Part shown: piece after piece, positions 20,909 to 30,053 of the stretch | How positions within the stretch are numbered: position 1 is the first letter of the stretch | Layout: every line of letters begins with the position of its first letter | NCBI GenBank assembly: GCA_963842975.1 | Contig: CAWJIH010000006.1 | Span: forward strand, 87,331-151,330 | Direction of reading: 5' to 3' | DNA length: 64,000 nt | DNA from: an uncultured Actinomycetes bacterium | Lineage (GTDB): Bacteria; Actinomycetota; Actinomycetes; S36-B12; UBA10799 | Program-made: the position numbers and the translations under genes | Notes under the pieces: generated by a model | Told to the model about the DNA's origin: nothing | Database searches by the model: none | The model's input: the letters and a program-made list of their open reading frames with translations, nothing else

Positions 20909-22204
20909 ATGATCGGCCATAACGTGCACGATCCTGGCTATACGTCCTTCGATTCGGCTCGTCGCGCTCCAGAAGAACCCAAGCGGCCCAACCGCGATCC
21001 GTTCCGGCGAGATCGGGCCAGGGTGCTGCACAGTTGGGCGTTGCGTCGGCTCGCGGACAAGACCCAGGTGTTGCTGCCTGGGGAGTCGGACTTTCCGCGC
21101 ACCCGACTTACGCACACCCTCGAGGTGTCCCAGGTAGCGCGGGAAATGGGTGAGGAGTTGGGGTGCGATCCCGACATCGTGGACACCGCCGGATTGAGTC
21201 ACGACCTTGGTCACCCGCCTTTTGGGCACAACGGCGAGACTGCGTTGAACGTCGCCGCAGCCACTATCGGCGGCTTCGAAGGGAATGCCCAAAGTTTCCG
21301 GGTGCTCACCCGGCTGGAGCCCAAGGTCAGCTGGGCCGGCCGCTCGATGGGGCTCAACCTGACCAGGGCCTCTTTGGATGCCACCATCAAGTACCCCTGG
21401 TTTCGGGGCGGCGGCAATACCCCAAATGAGCTAAGTCGCCGACCTTCGACGATCGCCGGGGCGCCGCCGAAGTACAACGTCTACCCCGACGATGCCGAAG
21501 CGTTCGCCTGGGCACGCGACGGCGCCCCAGACCAGCGCCCCTGTCTGGAGGCCCAGGTGATGGATTGGGCAGATGACGTCGCCTATTCGGTGCACGACAT
21601 TGAGGACGCCTTCTACTCCGGGTTCATTTCACCGTCTCAGTTGGCGCCAGGGGAGGGCATGGCCGAGGTTATGGCGCGGGCCAGTGCGGACTCTGGTGGA
21701 CGCGTGAGCGAGGAAGATCTGAGCGCCGCCCACGACCGGTTGTTGGCGCTCCCGCAGTGGCCGTCCACCTTCGACCACACGACTGCTGGCCTTGCGTCCC
21801 TGAAGTCGTTCACCAGCAGCATGATCGGACGGCTTTCCGCGGCGGCTGTGGGTGCCACGCTGGCCGCAGCTGGGCCTGGTCCGTTGACCCGATACCACGC
21901 TGATCTAGTGGTGCCGAGCGAGCAGCGTGCCGAGGTCGCGCTGCTCAAGGCCGTGTCGAGCCACTTCGTGTTTCACCGCGCGGGAATCGACCAGGTGTAT
22001 GCGGCTCAGCGAATCATGCTCAGCGAGCTCGTGGAAGCCCTGATGGCTCAGTCGCCAGCAGCGCTGCATCCGATGTTCGCCGAACAGTGGGTTGCGGCCT
22101 TGGACGAGGCAGACAGACTGCGAGTGGTGATCGATCAGGTGGCCTCGCTGACCGATGTGTCGGCTGTGCGTTGGCATCGACGCCTCCTTGGGGAATCAAC
22201 GTAG
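20909..22204 (+). CDS. dgt: Deoxyguanosinetriphosphate triphosphohydrolase
   Basis: RRLADKTQV, RTRLTH, HDLGHPPFGHNGE and DDVAYSVHD motifs. Confidence 0.95.
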   Translation: MIGHNVHDPGYTSFDSARRAPEEPKRPNRDPFRRDRARVLHSWALRRLADKTQVLLPGESDFPRTRLTHTLEVSQVAREMGEELGCDPDIVDTAGLSHDLGHPPFGHNGETALNVAAATIGGFEGNAQSFRVLTRLEPKVSWAGRSMGLNLTRASLDATIKYPWFRGGGNTPNELSRRPSTIAGAPPKYNVYPDDAEAFAWARDGAPDQRPCLEAQVMDWADDVAYSVHDIEDAFYSGFISPSQLAPGEGMAEVMARASADSGGRVSEEDLSAAHDRLLALPQWPSTFDHTTAGLASLKSFTSSMIGRLSAAAVGATLAAAGPGPLTRYHADLVVPSEQRAEVALLKAVSSHFVFHRAGIDQVYAAQRIMLSELVEALMAQSPAALHPMFAEQWVAALDEADRLRVVIDQVASLTDVSAVRWHRRLLGEST

Positions 22205-22214
22205 AATCGCCTTC

Positions 22215-24161
22215 GTGGCCAAAATCCGTGCCGAGGACGTCGCCGAGGTGCGTGAACGTGCTCGAATTGACGAGGTAGTGGCTCAGACTGTTGCCTTGAA
22301 ACCGGCCGGCGGGGGATCGTTCAAAGGCCTGTGTCCTTTCCATGACGAGCGCAGCCCCAGTTTTCACGTCAGCCCGGCCAAAGGTCTTTGGTATTGCTTC
22401 GGTTGTGGCGAGGGTGGGGACACGATTGATTTCGTGATGCGCGTGGACGCGCTGTCGTTTGCGGAGTCAGTGGAGAAGTTGGCGGGCGCATTCGGCATCG
22501 AGCTGCACTACGAGGAAGGTTCTAGCGCTCCGGGTCGCCAGCAGGGTCAGCGCATTCGACTGGTGGGCATCAACACTGCCGCGGCCGAATACTTTCGGGC
22601 ACAGTTGGGCAGTCCGGATGCTTCGGTCGGCAGAGAGTTTCTGACCTCGAGAGGTTTCGATGGTGACGCGGTGTCGCATTTTTCGGTGGGATTCGCGCCC
22701 CGATCCTGGGATGCGCTGACCAAGGTGTTGCGGGCCAAGGGATTCCGCGATGAGGAACTGCTCGCAGCCGGTGTCGTCAGCCAAGGCAACCGCGGGGTGT
22801 ACGACAGATTCCGGGGACGCCTGATCTGGCCGATCCGCGATCTCGCTGGCGACGTGGTGGGTTTCGGTGCACGGAAACTCTTTGACGACGACAACGGTCC
22901 GAAATACCTCAACACCCCGGAGACTCCGCTCTACAAGAAATCCCGGGTGCTCTACGGAATCGACTTGGCGCGGCAGTCGATAGCGAAGTCCCAGCAAGCC
23001 GTGGTGGTGGAGGGCTACACCGATGTGATGGCCTGCCATCTGGCTGGGGTGACCACCGCCATCGCAACTTGCGGCACGTCGTTCGGCGAGGACCACGTCA
23101 AGGTGTTGCGGCGTTTGCTGATGGACGACGATGCGATGCGCGGAGAGGTGATTTTCACTTTCGATGGCGATGCTGCCGGCCGGCGAGCAGCCCTACGAGC
23201 CTTCGACACCGACCAGTCCTTCGTGACGCAAACCTATGTGGCGGTGCAGCCGGACGGCCTCGATCCGTGCGATGCCCGACTGGCTGGTGGCGACGAATCG
23301 GTGCGGGCCCTGGTGGCGTCCCGAGTGCCACTGTTCGAATTCGCCATTCGGGCCTCGCTTGACGATCACAATCTGGACACTGCCGAGGGGCGGGTTTCGG
23401 CACTGCGCGCGACCGCGCCGATGCTGCAGTCGATGCGCGACGTCTCACTGCGTGATGAATATGCCAGTCGGCTGGCCGGGTGGTTGGGGATGGACCAGGG
23501 GACCGTCGTGGCGGCGGTGCGCAAGGCGGGTCGGTCAGGTGCCGATGGTGGTGGCGGTGCGCGCCGACCGAACGAGCAGCGGGGAGCGGGGAATCGCCGC
23601 GGAGACTTCACCGGGGCGCCGCCCGCCGCCGAAGCGCATGGTGGCCGGTCACGTAGGGCCAATGAGGGACCGGCCGAGGACTCTGATCCGCGCCTGGAAC
23701 GGCAGGCAGTGCAGATAATGCTGCAGCGGCCTGATTTGGTGTGGGAGTGGGTGGCGGCGACCGAGGACTCCGCATTTTCCGACCCGATGTGCGCGGCGAT
23801 CTTCCGCGCCATCCGGTCGGTGGGGGAGCCGGAGGGCAGCGACGACGTGGCTTTGCGTGCTTGGTTGTCCGCTGTGCTGGAAGCGGCCGAGGACGACTCG
23901 ATCCGGGTGGAGGTTCGGCGCTGGTCGGTGCAGGGGCTGCCGTTGGCGGTGGGTGCCGATGCGTCCGGATATGCCCAGGGGGTGATGGCGAGGCTGCATT
24001 CCTGGGACGTCAGCCGCCGGATCGCCCCGTTGAAGGGTCGTCTGGCCAGGCTGGACGAAACCCGCGAACCGGAAGTGTTCACTGAGTTGATGGGACAGAT
24101 GATGGAGTTGGAGAACTACCGGCGGGAACTTCAAGAACTCGCAGTGGGCGACCTCGGATGA
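22215..24161 (+). CDS. dnaG: DNA primase
   Basis: CPFHDERSPSF...CFGC zinc domain, KYLNTPET, EGYTD, FDGD and DPCD motifs. Confidence 0.97.
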   Translation: MAKIRAEDVAEVRERARIDEVVAQTVALKPAGGGSFKGLCPFHDERSPSFHVSPAKGLWYCFGCGEGGDTIDFVMRVDALSFAESVEKLAGAFGIELHYEEGSSAPGRQQGQRIRLVGINTAAAEYFRAQLGSPDASVGREFLTSRGFDGDAVSHFSVGFAPRSWDALTKVLRAKGFRDEELLAAGVVSQGNRGVYDRFRGRLIWPIRDLAGDVVGFGARKLFDDDNGPKYLNTPETPLYKKSRVLYGIDLARQSIAKSQQAVVVEGYTDVMACHLAGVTTAIATCGTSFGEDHVKVLRRLLMDDDAMRGEVIFTFDGDAAGRRAALRAFDTDQSFVTQTYVAVQPDGLDPCDARLAGGDESVRALVASRVPLFEFAIRASLDDHNLDTAEGRVSALRATAPMLQSMRDVSLRDEYASRLAGWLGMDQGTVVAAVRKAGRSGADGGGGARRPNEQRGAGNRRGDFTGAPPAAEAHGGRSRRANEGPAEDSDPRLERQAVQIMLQRPDLVWEWVAATEDSAFSDPMCAAIFRAIRSVGEPEGSDDVALRAWLSAVLEAAEDDSIRVEVRRWSVQGLPLAVGADASGYAQGVMARLHSWDVSRRIAPLKGRLARLDETREPEVFTELMGQMMELENYRRELQELAVGDLG

Positions 24162-24640
24162 CGCTCTTCCAGCGTCAACCACCGCAGGTCAGGGCTCTCG
24201 CCGGGTCAGGAGAACGTTCCCTGGCATGGGCGCAGACCAGCGCCGAAGGGTGGATCCTGGCCACCGATGACCGGTTGTGCTGCACGGCACCAGAGTTTGA
24301 CCACCGTTGGGTGGAGATTCTTGGAGCGTCGTGGGCGCCGCCGCGGTTGGAGATCAAGCTGTGGCAGCCGACTGGACCACAAGAGCGCGAGATACTGATC
24401 GACGATGCCGGAGTGCTGCCGCAGGTGATCCGGGAGCGCATCATGCAGTCCCTGCTGGTGCAGCAGCATGTCGCGCTGCAGGGAAAGCAGGGTGTGCGGT
24501 TCCTGGCACGGAGGGATCCGAAGACCAATGAGGTGAGTTGGCAGACGGTCGTGGACGCCGGTATCGATGCGTCGAATCCGCAGGTGCGTGAGCGAATCGC
24601 GGAGTCTTTGGAAGTGCTGCGAGACGCCTACGGAGTATAG
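24158..24640 (+). CDS. Conserved hypothetical protein coupled to dnaG
   Basis: ATGA overlap with the dnaG stop; 160-aa ORF with protein-like composition. Confidence 0.7.
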   Translation: MTLFQRQPPQVRALAGSGERSLAWAQTSAEGWILATDDRLCCTAPEFDHRWVEILGASWAPPRLEIKLWQPTGPQEREILIDDAGVLPQVIRERIMQSLLVQQHVALQGKQGVRFLARRDPKTNEVSWQTVVDAGIDASNPQVRERIAESLEVLRDAYGV

Positions 24641-24775
24641 GCGCGCGTGACCACCCTGCTTTGCCGCCAACCTTGAGGTAGCCTCGAACTTAATTGACGT
24701 AGGCGTCAAAATTCGCGGCGGGAAGATGCCGACGTTCGTTGCTGGCGCGAAATTCGGGGAGTTGGAGGCTCATCC

Positions 24776-25540
24776 GTGCATGTTGCCGTTGGGATAGTTG
24801 CCGGCACCGCGATTCGGGGGGCGGCAGCAAACGTCATGATGCGTCCGGTGCTGGAGCGTCACCCCAACGCTTTCCTCATCACGCTGGCAAATTTCGGGGT
24901 CAGCCTTCCACTCCTGCGCTCCCAGAGTCACATCGAGACCGATATCGCGCGCGCCCTAGAGAAGCAGGATCGGCCAGCGAACACCCCGATCGTGTTGGTT
25001 GGGCACTCCCAAGGGGGTCTGGCCGTGTTGCGTTACGCCGTCGATCATCCCGATCAGGTGGTGCACGTCGTGAGTGTCGGATCACCGTGGCACGGTGCGG
25101 TGAGTGCCGGAACGGTCAGCAGGTTGGTGGGCGGTCGGCTGTTGGGCGGTCGGTTGACCCCGGCCCTGCGGGACATGACGCGCGGGTCGGACTTCCTCAC
25201 CGCGCTGCATTCAGACCTGCCTCAGATCGCCGATCGGGTGACGAACATCTACAGCACCCATGAGTTGTTCATCCGTCCTTATGTCGATGCTCACGTGGAC
25301 GTTGAAGGGGTGAGCAACATCCTCATCGCGACGGAGGAAGAGCACCTGCGGCACCTGCGGATGTATCCGGAACACCCGCTGGACGACATCATTGTGGGCC
25401 GGGTCAACCACTTGAGCGAAATGCACTCGCCTGAGGTGCGCCAGAAGATCTGGGCGAAGGTGAACGAACTCAATGCCCGACTTGGAAGGTGGGGTGTGCC
25501 AGTGAACTGGCGGGATAGCCCGGATTCGGCTTTGGAGTAA
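24776..25540 (+). CDS. Alpha/beta-fold hydrolase (lipase/esterase)
   Basis: LVGHSQGG nucleophile elbow, GSPWHG; GGAGG RBS. Confidence 0.85.
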   Translation: MHVAVGIVAGTAIRGAAANVMMRPVLERHPNAFLITLANFGVSLPLLRSQSHIETDIARALEKQDRPANTPIVLVGHSQGGLAVLRYAVDHPDQVVHVVSVGSPWHGAVSAGTVSRLVGGRLLGGRLTPALRDMTRGSDFLTALHSDLPQIADRVTNIYSTHELFIRPYVDAHVDVEGVSNILIATEEEHLRHLRMYPEHPLDDIIVGRVNHLSEMHSPEVRQKIWAKVNELNARLGRWGVPVNWRDSPDSALE

Positions 25541-25577
25541 AGGCTGCGCGCCGGAGACCTTGCAGCCTCACATGAAG

Positions 25578-25649
25578 CTCCCGCGCCGGGATTCGAACCT
25601 GGAACCGTCCGATTAACAGTCGGATGCTCTGCCGTTGAGCTACGCGGGA
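25578..25649 (-). tRNA. tRNA-Asn(GTT)
   Basis: TCCCGCG/CGCGGGA acceptor stem, TCCGA-CTGTTAA-TCGGA anticodon arm, GGTTCGAATCC T arm. Confidence 0.96.
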
Positions 25650-25717
25650 ATGCGACGCCAATGGTACCACCGGGCCTCTTGTGGGCCGGTCAGGGTGCAG
25701 GGATTTGGGCGGTACCG

Positions 25718-27484
25718 TCAGACGAGGAGTTGGGTCGTGGCGAGTTCCCGGTACAGGTCAGACGTGGTCAACAAGTGCTTGTGGCTGCCGACCCCCACGA
25801 CGTGACCACCATCGAGCACGACGATCTGGTCGGCTCGCACCACTGTGGAGAGCCGGTGGGCCACCACGATCAACGTCCGGTCCTCAGCTACGGCGTCGAC
25901 CGCCGCCTGCAAGGCGGCCTCGTTCCGGGCATCGAGGCTGGCAGTGGGCTCATCGAGGAGCAGTAGCGGGGGAGCGGCCAAGAGCGCGCGGGCGATGGCC
26001 AGGCGCTGCCTTTCACCGCCAGATAGCAGCACTCCGGCGTCGCCGACCTGGGCATCGAGGCCGCCATCGGCGTCAGCGACGCGGAGCCACAGGTTCACCG
26101 CCGTGAGGGAGGAGCGCATCGCCTCATCAGTGGCATCCGGATCGCCGAGTAGCAGGTTCTCCCGGATGGTCCCGGCCAATACCGGGGCTTCTTGCTCGAC
26201 GTAGCCAATCTGGCTGCGGAGGTACTCGCGGGGAAGGTCGCGAACATCGGTGCCGTGCAGCAGGATGCGGCCGGCCTCGATCTCGTAGAAGCGCTCGATC
26301 AGCGCCATGATGGTCGACTTTCCGGCACCAGAAGGTCCCACCACCGCGGTGGTGGTGCCGCGCGGACAAGCGAAACTCACCTGCTGCAGCACGGGTGATC
26401 CCGCTCGGTAACCGAAGTCGACGTTGTCGAACGAGAGCAGCGGTGCGGCGGTTGTGGCACCTGGGATGCTGGGGCTACCTTGGGCGATCGGGGCAGGAGC
26501 GGTGGTGCCGGAGTTGGGGCGGTCAGCCTCGGCGGGCAGCGCGAGCACCTCCTCGATCCGGCTCAAGGCGCCGAGCCCGGTCATGAGGGTGGTCCAGGCC
26601 CGCAGCCCAGACACCACAGGCTGGACGAGCAGGAACAGCAGCATGACGAAGGCCACAAGGTCGCCGACACTCAACTGCCCGGTCGCCACGCGGGCGCCAC
26701 CCACACCTAGGACCGAAAGGAAGGCGGCCTGCACGGCGACGCTGGCCACAGGCTCGATCAGGGACTCGACCTTGGCGACCTTAACCCCTGCTTCGTAGGC
26801 GTCGTCGGCGCTAACGGATAGAGCAGCCGTTTCGCGGGGCTCCGCGCGGTAGGCACGGATGGTGCGGACAGCGACCAGGGCACGTTCGACGCTCGCCGTC
26901 ATCGCACCGACCGCCTCCTGGGCGAGGCGGGAGTAGCGCTTGATTCGCACTGCGGCTGTCCCAGCCACGGCGACACCCACACCGACGGCAGTGACGGTGA
27001 CCAGCAAGAGCGGCACATCGACGACGGCCATGAGCACGATCGCTCCGGTCGCGACGACGACACCTGCGGCCAACTCGACCAAGCCAGAAGTGACTACGGC
27101 GCTCAGCAGGGTGGTGTCGGAGCCGACTCGGGACAGAAGGTCCCCGGTGCGGCGCTGGTCGTACTCAGCGATGGGCAGCCGCAGCAAGTGGGTACCGAGT
27201 CGGATGCGGGTGGTGCGGACTACTCCCTCGGCCGTGCGTGCAAGCAGATAGCGGGAGATCGCGCCGATGATGGCGCCGCCGACCATGAGCGCAGCCAGCA
27301 AACCGATGAGCATCCCGGTGTCTGATTCCTCGCTGAGACCGTCGAGTACCACGCGGACCACGAGTGGCAGCGCCAGCGCGGCTGCCGCGGACACCAAAGA
27401 GAGTCCCGCAACCAGTAGCAGTGTCCGCCGGTAGGGACGCAGGTAGGGCCAGAAGTCGCCTGGCTTGGAGGAAGGTGAGGCCAT
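25718..27484 (-). CDS. ABC exporter, fused permease/ATPase
   Basis: TM domain plus GPSGAGKST, LSGGERQR, LLLDE and AHRLST motifs. Confidence 0.95.
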   Translation of the reverse strand: MASPSSKPGDFWPYLRPYRRTLLLVAGLSLVSAAAALALPLVVRVVLDGLSEESDTGMLIGLLAALMVGGAIIGAISRYLLARTAEGVVRTTRIRLGTHLLRLPIAEYDQRRTGDLLSRVGSDTTLLSAVVTSGLVELAAGVVVATGAIVLMAVVDVPLLLVTVTAVGVGVAVAGTAAVRIKRYSRLAQEAVGAMTASVERALVAVRTIRAYRAEPRETAALSVSADDAYEAGVKVAKVESLIEPVASVAVQAAFLSVLGVGGARVATGQLSVGDLVAFVMLLFLLVQPVVSGLRAWTTLMTGLGALSRIEEVLALPAEADRPNSGTTAPAPIAQGSPSIPGATTAAPLLSFDNVDFGYRAGSPVLQQVSFACPRGTTTAVVGPSGAGKSTIMALIERFYEIEAGRILLHGTDVRDLPREYLRSQIGYVEQEAPVLAGTIRENLLLGDPDATDEAMRSSLTAVNLWLRVADADGGLDAQVGDAGVLLSGGERQRLAIARALLAAPPLLLLDEPTASLDARNEAALQAAVDAVAEDRTLIVVAHRLSTVVRADQIVVLDGGHVVGVGSHKHLLTTSDLYRELATTQLLV

Positions 27485-27557
27485 AGCAGGCACGGTATGT
27501 GGTTGCTGCCGGGCGCCTTCGCGCGCCCAGTGGCAGATTGTAGGCTTGCACCGCACC

Positions 27558-27632
27558 GGGGCGGTAGCTCAGTTGGTTAGAGCGGCGGACTCATAATCCG
27601 GCAGGCCGTGGGTTCGAGTCCCACCCGCCCTA
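27558..27632 (+). tRNA. tRNA with CAT anticodon, most likely tRNA-Ile2 (lysidine) rather than Met
   Basis: GGGGCGG/CCGCCCT acceptor stem, CTCATAA loop, GGTTCGAGTCC T arm; lacks the initiator C1:A72 mismatch and GGG/CCC anticodon stem. Confidence 0.88.
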
Positions 27633-27698
27633 CTGTTTGCGCAGGTCAACAGCCGCGATCGTGCGCAATTCGTCCGAAACGCGTGCCGCGATCGCGGC

Positions 27699-28583
27699 CT
27701 ACGGCAGGCTCACGGTGCCTTCGATGATCGTCCGAGTGACTCCACCGACCCACACGTCATCGCCGTCGGCCCGCACAAGAATCCGGGCGTCGGCTCCTAC
27801 TGCGGTGCCTTGCCGCGCAACGTACTGTGCCGGTGCCAACCCAGCCGGGATCAGCCACTGCGCAAGTGCGGCGTTGAGGCTTCCAGTGGCTGGGTCCTCC
27901 ACCGTCGACCCGCGGCCGGGGAAGAAGGCGCGGACGTCGAAGTCCCAGTCAGGGGAGGCCACAGCGTCATGAGCTGCGGTGACTCCACTCGCGGCTGCCA
28001 TCCGCGGGCCGATGACGCCCACTTCCCAGTCGCCGAGCACTGCAGCATTCACCCGCACTTGGGCCACAGCCTCCGCCGAAGGCAGCAGCACCGCCCGCCA
28101 CGCGGGGCCGTTGTCGCACCATGACGTCGCCACGATGTCGCTCGGATCCAGCCCTAAACCGACCGAGATTCGTTCGATGTCTGGTGCCGGCAAAGGCCCG
28201 CTTCGGTTCAGCGGTGGGGCGGCAAGGAACAGTGCGTCACCGTCGCGGCGGATCCGCACTAGGCCTGCGCCGCATTCCTGCACGATCACCTCGCCACGGG
28301 GAACTCCACCTGCTGCAAGCCAGGCGTGGGCAGAGCCGAGCGTGGGATGGCCGGCAAAGGGAAGTTCCCGTCCCGGACAGAAGATGCGCAGCCGGTAGTC
28401 AGCCTCGGGTTCTTCCGTGGGCAGCATGAAGGTCGCCTCCGAAAGGTTCGTCCAGTCGGTGAACGCACCCATGAGTTCCGGGTCGAGATCGTTGGCATCC
28501 AACACCACAGCCACTGGGTTGCCAGAGCACGTTGCGGCGCTGCTAAAGACGTCGACTTGAGCGAATCGTCGGTTCGGAGTCAT
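27699..28583 (-). CDS. PhzF-family epimerase/isomerase
   Basis: QVDVFS, GNPVAVV, NLSEATF, ELPFAGHPTLG and EDPATGS motifs. Confidence 0.93.
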   Translation of the reverse strand: MTPNRRFAQVDVFSSAATCSGNPVAVVLDANDLDPELMGAFTDWTNLSEATFMLPTEEPEADYRLRIFCPGRELPFAGHPTLGSAHAWLAAGGVPRGEVIVQECGAGLVRIRRDGDALFLAAPPLNRSGPLPAPDIERISVGLGLDPSDIVATSWCDNGPAWRAVLLPSAEAVAQVRVNAAVLGDWEVGVIGPRMAAASGVTAAHDAVASPDWDFDVRAFFPGRGSTVEDPATGSLNAALAQWLIPAGLAPAQYVARQGTAVGADARILVRADGDDVWVGGVTRTIIEGTVSLP

Positions 28584-28710
28584 GACGTTATGGTGGCGCA
28601 TCCGGGGGTCGCGGTGCCAGGCGATACTCGGTGGCGTCCGCACCTCCTACAAGTGCAGATTCACGGCGAACCGAGCCACCCGCCACCCGTGGCCAGGGAC
28701 CACGCACGCA

Positions 28711-29265
28711 TCAGAACGCGAAGGCCAGGACGTGATACTGCTTGGATCCAACGTTGAAGGTGGCCAACTGCTCGGCTCCTAGTTTGGTTGTGGTGGTGTG
28801 CAGCGATCTGGGGTTGCCGGCCGCGACGAAGAGCACTCCGAGGTCGAAGCGATCCTTGTAGGCCTCTCTGGTGAACGCGTTGAAGGCGGCATAGAGCCCA
28901 CGTCCACGGGCAGACCGGTCGATGAGGACGGGCCCGCGAAGTGCGAAGCGCTGCTGCGCGATGGGTCTACCGTGGAATTCGAGAGTCTCGGCAAGTTGCA
29001 GCACTTCGCGGATGATCGGAAACGATCCCAGGCCTTCGCGTGGCGGCGGATCCGTCACGCCGATGAACCCCATGATGGCCCCGTCGTCATCTGATCCGAC
29101 ATGAATGCCAGCCGAGTCCACCGCCCAGCTGAACCATTCCCGCGGATGCAGAATCGAGATGAAGCCGTGGGCTTTCTCCGACTCGTCGAGATTGCCTACG
29201 TAGTAGCGATCTTCCAACGCCATCATCGCGGGGATGTCCGCCCGGGTTGCCAACCTGATGTCCAT
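28711..29265 (-). CDS. GNAT-fold acetyltransferase-like protein
   Basis: IRLATRAD N-terminus, GPVLIDRSARGRGL (acetyl-CoA motif A), NPRSLH. Confidence 0.7.
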   Translation of the reverse strand: MDIRLATRADIPAMMALEDRYYVGNLDESEKAHGFISILHPREWFSWAVDSAGIHVGSDDDGAIMGFIGVTDPPPREGLGSFPIIREVLQLAETLEFHGRPIAQQRFALRGPVLIDRSARGRGLYAAFNAFTREAYKDRFDLGVLFVAAGNPRSLHTTTTKLGAEQLATFNVGSKQYHVLAFAF

Positions 29266-29300
29266 GTCGTGAGCAATGTAGCTCAGGCAGGCCCGCGACG

Positions 29301-30044
29301 TTATCCGGCCAAGGTGCCCGCAAACACCTGCCAGGCCAGCAGCGACTTGGCCACCAGACTGAGCACGATGTAGGTCTTCTCCCCGTAGAGGTAGTCAGCC
29401 CACTTGCCGCGGGCCCGGTATTGCAGCAGCTGCACTACCGCGAAACTGTTGAAGAAGACGAACAGCGAAATCACGATCCCGTAGACGAACGCTGGCGGTT
29501 CTGCCGGGCTGGTTGCCCCCGGGGCGATGAGGAAGAAGGCAACGATGATCCACGGCACAATTCCAGCGATGCAACCAAAGACGAACGGGAGCATGCCGCC
29601 GGATCCAGGGGTTTCATACTTCTCCTGCAGCCAGCCGAAGAGGATCATCGAGGCATTGACCCCGAAGATTGCGATGATCGCGCCCACGTCCGAGACGCCC
29701 ACGATCTGGGCGATCAGGACCATCATCACCGATGAACTCAGCGAATATTCGACCCAACGAAAGTAGTTGTGTCGTTGGGCTAGGCCTGCCGCGTAGCGAG
29801 GGAAACCCCAGGGGCTGGCAACTATGAAGTGGAACAGTGCGGACAGGCCGAAGAACAAGGCAACCCCGAGCCCAGTTGGGGAGTTGTAGAGCACAACCGG
29901 GTCGGCTGGAGTGGTGCCTGGTGGGCCTTCGAGATAGGAAGCGGTGATCGGCAGCGTGAAATCGTTGGCGAGCACCAAGATGAGAATCATCTGCAGCAGG
30001 TGCGCACAACCAGCCACGATGTTCCAGGTGCGCAGGCGGTTCAT
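29301..30044 (-). CDS. heR: Heliorhodopsin (HeR)
   Basis: 7 TM helices; AHLLQ (His), ALFH (His), YFRWVEYSLSSS (counterion Glu) and YIVLSLVAKSLLAWQVF (retinal-binding Lys). Confidence 0.96.
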   Translation of the reverse strand: MNRLRTWNIVAGCAHLLQMILILVLANDFTLPITASYLEGPPGTTPADPVVLYNSPTGLGVALFFGLSALFHFIVASPWGFPRYAAGLAQRHNYFRWVEYSLSSSVMMVLIAQIVGVSDVGAIIAIFGVNASMILFGWLQEKYETPGSGGMLPFVFGCIAGIVPWIIVAFFLIAPGATSPAEPPAFVYGIVISLFVFFNSFAVVQLLQYRARGKWADYLYGEKTYIVLSLVAKSLLAWQVFAGTLAG

Positions 30045-30053
30045 AACTGTCTC

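Noticed and set aside
23525-23690. Insertion or intein in dnaG
   Set aside because: Low-complexity G/R-rich interdomain linker without intein terminal motifs
29301-30044. Proton-pumping actinorhodopsin with a retinal synthesis cassette
   Set aside because: Motifs are heliorhodopsin-type (RWVEY, SLVAK), not DTE-type; no blh or crt genes in the window
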